Below, one piece after another: positions 44,588 through 52,027 of a DNA stretch of 64,000 bases. Source of the stretch: an uncultured beta proteobacterium (GTDB lineage Bacteria; Pseudomonadota; Gammaproteobacteria; Burkholderiales; Burkholderiaceae); contig CAISYI010000099.1 in the NCBI GenBank assembly GCA_903889595.1, forward strand, positions 4,311-68,310, in the 5' to 3' direction. Position numbers and translations under genes: made by a program. How positions within the stretch are numbered: position 1 is the first letter of the stretch; each line of letters starts with the position of its first letter. The notes beneath the pieces were generated by a model, which was given only the letters and a program-made list of their open reading frames with translations, was not told where the DNA came from and did not search any database.

Positions 44588-45161
44588 TAGCGTTTATTGT
44601 TATGAAGGTTCTGAAGTTTTAAGAAATAAACTTGGGATTACAGATCAATTATTACTTGAAGCGTTCGAATCAGATATTACGTCCTCACGTTTGATTGAGT
44701 TGGAGCTTAAACCAATCAAAGGTAAATTTGATTTAAAACACTTACAAGCTATTCATCATGCCATATTTCAGGATATTTATGATTGGGCAGGAAAAATTCG
44801 AACAGTTGATATTAGTCGTGAAAATAGTCGATTCGCCAATATGAGAATGATTGATTCAGCATCGAGAAAATTATTTACGAAACTAGCAAAAGAAAATTTA
44901 TTTACGAATCAAAATATACAAGAAATATCTTTAAAGTTAGCACATTACTTATCGGAAATTAATGTGCTTCATCCTTTTCGCGATGGTAATGGAAGGGTTC
45001 AAAGGGTTTTTGTCGCTCAATTAGCTTTAGCTGCAGGATATAAACTAAGTTATTCAGATTTAAAGCAATCAGAAATGTATGAGGCGATAGAGCATGCTTT
45101 CTTTGGTAATGAAATTCCATTATCTAAGTTAATCCTTGAAAAACTCACTTCTAATAAGTGA
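44568..45161 (+). CDS. Class I Fic (FicT/VbhT-like) AMPylating toxin
   Basis: VLRNKLGI, IFQDIYDWAG, HPFRDGNGRVQR catalytic motif. Confidence 0.9.
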   Translation: MSRYHADSVYCYEGSEVLRNKLGITDQLLLEAFESDITSSRLIELELKPIKGKFDLKHLQAIHHAIFQDIYDWAGKIRTVDISRENSRFANMRMIDSASRKLFTKLAKENLFTNQNIQEISLKLAHYLSEINVLHPFRDGNGRVQRVFVAQLALAAGYKLSYSDLKQSEMYEAIEHAFFGNEIPLSKLILEKLTSNK

Positions 45162-45222
45162 GTTATGAATCGCTGATATAGTATTAGACTTGTCTCTGTG
45201 GGGAAAGCATTTTATTTTCTAA

Positions 45223-45438
45223 TTATTGAAGATATTTTTTAGCAGCGAAATCTAAAACAGCCTTGACTTGCTCTAATTTGATACCAGGAAAGATTTCAGT
45301 AAATTCTTGAGCAGTAATCCCATCTTCAAGATTTTCAAAAAGCGCAGCGATTGGTACACGCGAGCCAGCAAATACTAAAGAACCACTAACACGTTCTTTA
45401 GCACTCTCAACTGCGTGACAGTTTGACCAATTGATCAT
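45223..45438 (-). CDS. DUF433 protein
   Basis: RVSGSLVFAGSRVPIAALFENLEDG, FPGI. Confidence 0.8.
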   Translation of the reverse strand: MINWSNCHAVESAKERVSGSLVFAGSRVPIAALFENLEDGITAQEFTEIFPGIKLEQVKAVLDFAAKKYLQ

Positions 45439-45542
45439 TGCAAAACTCCTTGAATAAGTTTGATTATGTTACCAAACTTTAAATTGAGCAAATGACAGCC
45501 TTTAAGATAATAGGTTATTATGCCCACGGTCGAAGAAGCTCA

Positions 45543-45575
45543 AGGTCGCACGTTCGAATCGTGCTGGGCAGGCCA
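45543..45575 (+). repeat. att copy: 3' end of tRNA-Arg
   Basis: AGGTCGCACGTTCGAATCGTGCTGGGCAG identical to 44077-44105, then GCCA instead of ACCA. Confidence 0.9.
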
Positions 45576-45579
45576 AAAC

Positions 45580-45600
45580 TGTAAGGTATGACCCGGACAC
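45580..45600 (+). mobile_element. Isolated IS end, IS481-like terminal repeat
   Basis: TGTAAGGTATGACCCGGACAC begins with TGT; resemblance is from recall and no partner end is seen. Confidence 0.35.
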
Positions 45601-45712
45601 ACGGTTCATACTTCTTTACTCTTTAAATCCTTATAGTTATAAGTTCTTTTCAGAAAGTTTAATAAGGTTCAAACCAACTAGTTTAAGTTAGGTTAGATGA
45701 GAAAAATTCCAA

Positions 45713-45858
45713 ATGCCGACTGATAAACTTTATCTAACTCCTTTTGAGAATGCGCTTGCTAGACTTCAAGTGAGTTATGCACGCTATCAAAAAGATATTA
45801 AAGATAGCCAAATTCGGGATGGATTAATCCAATGATTTGAATTACTCATGAGATTTCT
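45713..45858 (+). pseudogene. HI0074-family (HEPN, nucleotidyltransferase-partner) pseudogene
   Basis: MPTDKLYLTPFENALARL...QIRDGLIQ*FE then frameshift; family motif RDGxIQRFEFTYE with R to stop. Confidence 0.7.
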
Positions 45859-45860
45859 TC

Positions 45861-46096
45861 GTTGCCAAGGATGTTCGAATGTGGCTAAGCGACTTTGGCG
45901 TTAAGACCACTTATGTTGAGCTAGCTAGTCCTTAGGAAAATAGCTTTTGTGAAAGCTTAAAAGAAACCCTCAGAGATAACTGACTTTATGATGAACTCTT
46001 TTACATCCTTAAAGAAATAAGTGATGCCGTTGGCCATTGGAAAAAAAATACAACCATGTGAGGCCTCAAAGCATTCTAGATTATCGACCACTAGCA
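45861..46096 (+). pseudogene. IS3-family transposase C-terminal remnant
   Basis: VAKDVRMWLSDFGVKTTYVELASP*ENSFCES...LRDN*L...W..YNHVRPQSILDYRP, with stops and a frameshift. Confidence 0.8.
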
Positions 46097-46303
46097 GTTT
46101 AAACCCATGTCCCGAAACTCATCAATGATCAACCGATCTTGTTGTAAAGATAAGTTATAAGTACTCTTTTTAATCGTGCTAATATTTCAACATTAATAAA
46201 AATTAATTTATCTGCCAGATTAAAACGACCTGTGGCTTTACCTTTTGAGATGTCAGATGATGCGTATTGATAAACGTAATAATAAAATAAAGACAATCTA
46301 ATC

Positions 46304-47278
46304 ATGAAAAAAATTCTGAGTATTCTAATTTCATCATCGCTACTATTGATTAGTCAAAGCGTGTTCGCTCAAGATGCCAGCTATCCAAGTCGCCCGATTA
46401 CTTGGATTACACCGATGGGGGCAGGCGGCACATCCGATGTTTTTGCTAGGACTATTCAGCCCTTTATTGCTAATTATTTAGGGCAACCGATGATTGTAGA
46501 AAACAAATCAGGAGCCAACGGAGTTCTCGGTGAGGAAGCAGGATACAATGCAAAACCGGATGGCTATACCCTCATTTTTTCATCGGCATCGGTTGCAGCA
46601 AATCCATTTTTACGCAAGACCAACTACGACTCACGTAAATTTGTACCTGTTATTTACTTAGGGAACGTATATCTTATCTTGTTGGCTAATGACCAAGTCA
46701 AAGCCAAAAACCTAAAAGAGTATGTGGAAATGGTACGGACTAAACCTCCTGAAACTTATAACTACTCTTCATGGGGTGTTGGAGGGATGGGACACTTAGC
46801 TAGTGAGCTGCTCAATTTGGAAGCGAAGATTAAGCTGACACATATTCCGTATAAAACATCTCCTGAGGCCCTCACTGCTGCTGTTTCGGGGCAAACACAA
46901 GTTACATTTCAGACCACATCCTTGGCTCTACCGCAAATGAAGTCTGGACGATTACATGCTCTAGCGGTTGCAGCGCCAAATCGTTTACCAGATGCACCAG
47001 ATGTTCCAACTATGGCAGAGATGGGATTTCCTGGAGTTAAAATTGATACATGGTTTGGGATCTTCTTACCACCCAATACGCCAAGATATATTGTGGAGCG
47101 TCTCAACAAAGCATTTCAGGCGGCACTCAGCGATACAGAGATAAGGGCCAAGTTAGAAGCAAAAGGAATTTTCCCAAAGGGTGGAACTCCAGAAGACTTT
47201 CAGGCTTATTTTCAAACTGAAATGAAAAAATTCGATCGTATTGTTTCAGAAGCCAAGATTGAATCAGATACGAAATAA
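46304..47278 (+). CDS. Bug/TctC family substrate-binding protein
   Basis: YPSRPI, AGGTSDV, VENKSGANG, PDGYTL, DVPTMAEMG. Confidence 0.92.
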   Translation: MKKILSILISSSLLLISQSVFAQDASYPSRPITWITPMGAGGTSDVFARTIQPFIANYLGQPMIVENKSGANGVLGEEAGYNAKPDGYTLIFSSASVAANPFLRKTNYDSRKFVPVIYLGNVYLILLANDQVKAKNLKEYVEMVRTKPPETYNYSSWGVGGMGHLASELLNLEAKIKLTHIPYKTSPEALTAAVSGQTQVTFQTTSLALPQMKSGRLHALAVAAPNRLPDAPDVPTMAEMGFPGVKIDTWFGIFLPPNTPRYIVERLNKAFQAALSDTEIRAKLEAKGIFPKGGTPEDFQAYFQTEMKKFDRIVSEAKIESDTK

Positions 47279-47329
47279 TTTAAGAGCTTTGATTGATAGG
47301 GCTCCTGTCTTTTTCTACATGGCATGGTT

Positions 47330-47514
47330 TTGACATCCTCTCCTCCCTGAAGGAAGAGGATTATTACCACGCTTGTGCTACCAGTGCATCGAAAGTAGTC
47401 TCGGTGGGTTCTTGCTTCATCGACTGATCTAACGCCATCGGATCTCCACAAGCTAACAATCGCAACCCTCGCTATCCTTCCCCGCCATAAATGGCAAGGA
47501 TTGTCGCGCTTTTG
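47330..47514 (-). mobile_element. Non-autonomous IS200/IS605 derivative (left end fused to TnpB omega-RNA/right end)
   Basis: On -: TTGAT | CAAAAGCGCGACAATCCTTGCCATTTATGGCGGGGAAGGAT (LE hairpin)... residual frame GLRLLACGD...SMKQEPTE (TnpB C-tail)...ATCCTCTTCCTTCAGGGAGGAGAGGATGTCAA (RE hairpin, TCAA end). Confidence 0.85.
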
Positions 47515-47612
47515 ATCAATTTGGAAAGTTAGCAAAATAATATAACTACCTATAGTCCTTCATCCGAAAAGACGATAGAATAAATTAACTTTAAAAAAAG
47601 ATGGAGACAGAT

Positions 47613-48587
47613 ATGAAGATTAGACAACTGATTCTTGCTTTATTGAGCTTTTTATTCTTTGCCACGCATTACGCATTTGCAGAGGAACCCTATCCGTCTC
47701 GACCGATTAATTTGATTGTTCCCAACCCTCCTGGGGGGTCATCTGACGTCAATGCCAGAATTTTGGCAGATGTATTGACAAAAATATTAAAACAACCAGT
47801 TGTCGTTAACTTTAAACCTGGGGTTGCTGGTCAGATTGGTAACTCATATGTCGCAAAATCAAAGCCAGATGGTTACAACTTATTGATGGGATTGTCTTCT
47901 ATCATGGTTTCCCCTGAAGCAGAGCGAGTTCAAGGGAAAACATCACTCTATGAAGTTGATCAATTGATACCCGTTGGGATGATTTCGAATGATCCAATGG
48001 TAATGTTGGTCAATGCAAATTCTCCTTGGAATACATTGGCAGATGTGGTGAAAGCGGCGAAGGCAAAGCCAGGAACCATTAACTATTCTTCTTCAGGTAA
48101 TTTTGGCCCCATCCATCTATCCGTTGTGATGTTTGAACAAGCGGCTGGTATTAATTTAGTTCAAGTTCCTTTTGGAGGTGGTGGACCATCGATGATGGCT
48201 TTATTAGGTAGTCAAGTCGAAATAACTACGGCGATACCCGCTGTTGCGATGGCTCAATTACAATCAGGAAAAGTGAGGGCCATTGCAGTCTCTGGTCCGA
48301 GGCGCATTAAAGTCTTACCTAATATACCGACCTATCGTGAATCCGGATACGATGCTGAATTTAATATTTGGAATGGATTATTTGTTCCTCAAGGCACTCC
48401 TGAGTCCATTGTTAAGGTATTGCGTGACGCTATTCGAGAAGCAGCAACCTCAGGTGAGCTTGAATCAGTGATGCAACAACGCGGCATGATTTATGAATAC
48501 CTTGATCAACCTGAATTTAAGAAGTTTGCTAAAGAAGACGGAGATCGTATGGTCAAGGCAGTTAAGTTGATTGGTAAATTAAACTAA
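47613..48587 (+). CDS. Bug/TctC family substrate-binding protein (probable ATG 47613 behind GGAG)
   Basis: YPSRPINLIVPNPPGGSSD, KPDGYNLL, PFGGGG, NIPTYRESG. Confidence 0.92.
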   Translation: MKIRQLILALLSFLFFATHYAFAEEPYPSRPINLIVPNPPGGSSDVNARILADVLTKILKQPVVVNFKPGVAGQIGNSYVAKSKPDGYNLLMGLSSIMVSPEAERVQGKTSLYEVDQLIPVGMISNDPMVMLVNANSPWNTLADVVKAAKAKPGTINYSSSGNFGPIHLSVVMFEQAAGINLVQVPFGGGGPSMMALLGSQVEITTAIPAVAMAQLQSGKVRAIAVSGPRRIKVLPNIPTYRESGYDAEFNIWNGLFVPQGTPESIVKVLRDAIREAATSGELESVMQQRGMIYEYLDQPEFKKFAKEDGDRMVKAVKLIGKLN

Positions 48588-48599
48588 TTGATATTTTTC

Positions 48600-48920
48600 A
48601 CAATAGGGTCGTGATTAGTGCAATGGGGATGTGAACACCCCATGACTCTCAAACTGCGTACTGAGTAACACGCACCCCATTCCATATCGAATCGATGTGG
48701 GCGGATCAGAAACCTGTTACAAACGTGGTGAATGCGTTCCGAATCCTGAAAGATTGAGCGTTCGAGAAAAATCACGGCGGCAACACCGTTAGAGCAGTTC
48801 GTTTGTGACAAAGTTTGCCGTTGAATATTACTGGGATACTGTCGTTGTAGGACGAGAGCCAAGAGACTCCAGCGGGTTCGCCCACAGAACTACTTGGTTT
48901 CAAACATGAGAAGGTTTAGG
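48600..48920 (+). ncRNA. Structured non-coding element, probably an IS110-family non-coding end (bridge-RNA-like) lacking its recombinase
   Basis: GC-richer than its flanks; stems GGGTCGTG/CATGACTC, GGGG/CCCC, TGCGT/ACGCA, ACGGCG-GCAA-CACCGT, GGG-TTCG-CCC; family assignment rests on recalled motif order only. Confidence 0.5.
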
Positions 48921-48976
48921 TAATAGAAAGAATCTAATAAAGCTTTAAATAATATTTATGACTTTTATTACAACTA

Positions 48977-49177
48977 TTGTTCAGGATTAAGAAAATCGTG
49001 TTGAAGATTGAACTACTAATAGAATTTACTGTTATCCTTTTAGCACCTATCTTTCATATTTACTATTTGTGGAAATACAAAAATGTAGATAAGAAAGAGC
49101 TGATTAAAAATATAAAGATATTTGTTGTTCTTTATGCAATCCTCGGATTGGTTGGATCAGTATTGGTGTTTAAATAA
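48977..49177 (+). CDS. Small hypothetical membrane protein
   Basis: Two hydrophobic segments, very AT-rich; start uncertain. Confidence 0.45.
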   Translation: MFRIKKIVLKIELLIEFTVILLAPIFHIYYLWKYKNVDKKELIKNIKIFVVLYAILGLVGSVLVFK

Positions 49178-49385
49178 GAAGTATCTTTTGGATGACCGCT
49201 TAACTTAAAACAAGCCTACTCATAAGAGACTAGTAACATTTCGCTAAGTCTTCTCACGCCCCCAACTTTGGTAAAACCGGTCACTCAAAACCAACCAAAT
49301 TCAAACTTCAAATGGCTGATCTTGGAGACAATCTTAGAAACTATTAATCGTTGTTAATGTATTATTTCAACTAGATTTTCGTTCA

Positions 49386-49477
49386 TTCTATGCGGTAGGT
49401 CGTACTTTTGAATAGTGCTATGCAGACCAAAAAAGCTGAATATCCATAAAACTAAAAGTGCTTATTGAATGGTTTAA
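49386..49477 (+). repeat. Degenerate copy of the tRNA-Arg 3' half plus downstream flank
   Basis: TTCTATGCGGTAGGTCGTACTTTTGAATAGTGCTATGCAGACCAA vs TTCTAAGCCGTAGGTCGCACGTTCGAATCGTGCTGGGCAGACCAA; the following TATCCATAAAA...ATTGAATGGTTTAA mirrors ~44124-44160. Confidence 0.8.
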
Positions 49478-49706
49478 ATCAAATCCAAACCCAAATCTCA
49501 TTTACTTAATTGCAAAAACATTCTCGTGGATAGTTTGCCTTGATCTGTTCGAGGTTAGAGCAGACTAGTAAGGTGTTTTTTACTTTAAATAACAGAGGAT
49601 TATTTAATAAACCGACATGTAATTTTCAACCTTTTGAATTTACTAGGGTTTCCCATAGTAGTTTAAATCTGAAATAGGAGAACAATAAAAAAAACTATCT
49701 TTTAAA

Positions 49707-50114
49707 ATGAATCTCACACAATTAATTTATGTCAGTAAAGCAACCCAATTAATGGGTATGCTATCTTTAACCCAAATCTTAGACAGCTCTGTAAGGTGGA
49801 ATGAAGCTCATGAACTTACGGGAGTTTTGTTTTATGACAATGGCCATTTTTGTCAATTATTAGAGGGTGACAAATATGAGGTTTTGAATGTCTGGGATAG
49901 AATCAGTAGTGATCCAAGACATCAGATTCTCAGGCGCCTTGAATTGACCTCAATTGAGAAAAGAAGTTATCCCGATTGGAAACTTCGATTTTATGGGGCA
50001 GAGCAAATCGCTAAACACTTCAAAGAAATGGCTAGGGTATTAGACGGCATGCCCAGTCATGATAATGATTTATTAAGACTTATGAAAACAGTATCAACCG
50101 CTGAGCCTACTTGA
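49707..50114 (+). CDS. Stand-alone BLUF blue-light sensor
   Basis: LIYVS, N..HELTGVL, FCQLLEG, ISSDPRH, RSYPDWKL. Confidence 0.9.
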   Translation: MNLTQLIYVSKATQLMGMLSLTQILDSSVRWNEAHELTGVLFYDNGHFCQLLEGDKYEVLNVWDRISSDPRHQILRRLELTSIEKRSYPDWKLRFYGAEQIAKHFKEMARVLDGMPSHDNDLLRLMKTVSTAEPT

Positions 50115-50240
50115 GAAATATTACCTAGGTTAAAGCCCTTTTCTAGTCATCTTCCTAGTTCAGAAAAAACCAATTTTAAAAAGATTAAGGTGGAAAAGTG
50201 ATTAACTTGATGCTTTATTTTCTTCAAAAATAAAGCATTT

Positions 50241-51518
50241 TTATTGAACAACTTTACCTACTGAAATATCCATAATCATCTTAGTCAGCAAATACATTCG
50301 GGGTGCAATTGAATCAATTAATATATACTCAGCATCGTTGGAGTGGGCGCCAAAACCTCTAGCACCAAAACGCTCTAACACTGCATTTTGATTATTTAGA
50401 CCGGCGAAGGCTGCATCTGTTCCACCCCCTTCAGCTTGTGTACTAAAAGTTAAATCTAAGCCAAGGTCTTCTTGATATATCTTCTTGGCGTAATTTGCTA
50501 CCACTAGCCCCGCAGGATTTGCTTGTAAAGGGGGGCGACGACGTTCAAAGTTAAATTCAACTTTGGTTTCAGGAATGAGTTTATTTTTAATACGAGCTGC
50601 GACCTTCGGTTCGATACTATTAAAATCATCGACCTTTAGCACACGAACATCCGCATTTGCTGTCGCTTTAGCAGGAATAACATTTCTATTCGTTCCTGCT
50701 TGAGCAATCGTCCAATTGAGTTTCAAACCAGTTGAAGGGTCGGACAAATCACGCAGTTGAAGGATTTGGTGAGAGAGCTCGTAAAGAGCATTACGACCTT
50801 GTTCAGGCGCTGAGCCAGCGTGGGAGGCTTTACCAGTGACAGTTAAATTAACAGCTCCAATACCTGCTGTTACAAGGGAAATACGATCAAAAGCAGCCAA
50901 TGATGATTCGCAAGAAAAGGTGACATCATGCTCAGCACCTAGTTTTGTTAATGTAGATCTTGATGCAGGGGAACTGATTTCTTCATCGCCGTTGATAAGC
51001 ACAGTGATTAATCCATAATCTTTAAAATTATTCGCTTTCAAAACCTTTAAAGTATGAATAATCATTGCAATGCCTTGCTTATCGTCCGCAATGCCAAGGC
51101 CATAAGCACGGTTTCCATCGATTCTAAATTGCTGATCAGCCAACATACCACGTAAGTAAACAGTGTCCATATGCGCTATCAGTAAAATTTTCTTCGTTCC
51201 ATTCCCTCTGAATTGGGCGTGTACCATTCGACCAGGCCGAGTTGGAGTGTCAAACATCCTGTAGGTATCTGGACCTGGCTCTATGAACTCCACCTTTCCA
51301 CCTAGGTCTTTGAGATTTTCAGCGATGAGGTTAGATATTTTGTCTAAACCGTCACGGTCTCCACTACCAGACTCAATTGATACCAGAGATTTAAGGGTTT
51401 CAAGATAAGGGGCTGATTCTTTTTTAACTGCTGACATAACTGGCTCAGAAGGAGCAGATAGTGCAATAAGAGGAATACTGAGGAAAACTAAAGTTAGATT
51501 ACGAATTAGAGAACTCAT
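50241..51518 (-). CDS. M20 peptidase, glutamate carboxypeptidase G2-like, secreted (probable ATG 51518)
   Basis: LVSIESGS, AHMDTVY, GIADDKQG, DEEISS, SHAGSAPEQGRNAL, GGGTDA, GAHS. Confidence 0.88.
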   Translation of the reverse strand: MSSLIRNLTLVFLSIPLIALSAPSEPVMSAVKKESAPYLETLKSLVSIESGSGDRDGLDKISNLIAENLKDLGGKVEFIEPGPDTYRMFDTPTRPGRMVHAQFRGNGTKKILLIAHMDTVYLRGMLADQQFRIDGNRAYGLGIADDKQGIAMIIHTLKVLKANNFKDYGLITVLINGDEEISSPASRSTLTKLGAEHDVTFSCESSLAAFDRISLVTAGIGAVNLTVTGKASHAGSAPEQGRNALYELSHQILQLRDLSDPSTGLKLNWTIAQAGTNRNVIPAKATANADVRVLKVDDFNSIEPKVAARIKNKLIPETKVEFNFERRRPPLQANPAGLVVANYAKKIYQEDLGLDLTFSTQAEGGGTDAAFAGLNNQNAVLERFGARGFGAHSNDAEYILIDSIAPRMYLLTKMIMDISVGKVVQ

Positions 51519-51682
51519 TGGATAACTCAACATAGTTAATAGTGGCTTTATAGTACTCTGTATTTTTTTCGTCCGCAATCTAACAGACTGAAACGGACAG
51601 CAAGTTCATTATTCTTATCTTGGGTTGGATTAGTAATTTTGAAGCTAAATTCGTTGAATTATCAATCAATGTAAGGTATTAA

Positions 51683-52027
51683 TTAGTTAGTGGAGCTTGC
51701 CTTTGAAACGTATGTGGCAATCGCCTTAATTTCTTCGGGAGAAAGCTTCTCCTTAAAAGATGGCATTGCTCCGATACCATTGTTCAGTGCAGTAATAACC
51801 CTGAGTTGACTTGGTTTTAATTCATCTAAAATTGGACCGACAGCTCCTTCCGATCCGGCATCCTTTAAAGTATGACAAATTCCACAGGGAGGGACGGCAC
51901 TAGAGAAAAGTTTTTTACCTAAGGCAAAGTCACTTACCTCATCGGCCATCGCAAAACTTGATGTTATACAGAAAAAAGTAAGGGCAAGTCGTCTAATAAA
52001 AACTCTGTAATGCATGTTCTTAGGCAA
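51683..52027 (-). CDS. c-type cytochrome, SorB/SorU-like sulfite dehydrogenase partner
   Basis: CGICH heme motif, GPILDELKP, GAMP; overlaps the upstream molybdoenzyme gene. Confidence 0.85.
   Translation of the reverse strand: MPKNMHYRVFIRRLALTFFCITSSFAMADEVSDFALGKKLFSSAVPPCGICHTLKDAGSEGAVGPILDELKPSQLRVITALNNGIGAMPSFKEKLSPEEIKAIATYVSKASSTN

Larger units (their letters stand above)
44077..45575. mobile_element. Small tRNA-Arg-integrated islet with TA genes and no integrase
   Basis: Bounded by an identical 29-bp direct repeat at 44077-44105 and 45543-45571. Confidence 0.7.

Noticed and set aside
47212-47535. 107-aa minus-strand ORF
   Set aside because: Runs across the IS605 mini-element in a frame other than the tnpB remnant and overlaps the Bug gene; no recognisable domain
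48584-48862. 92-aa minus-strand ORF
   Set aside because: Antisense to the structured element, no protein motif; likely a by-product of higher GC
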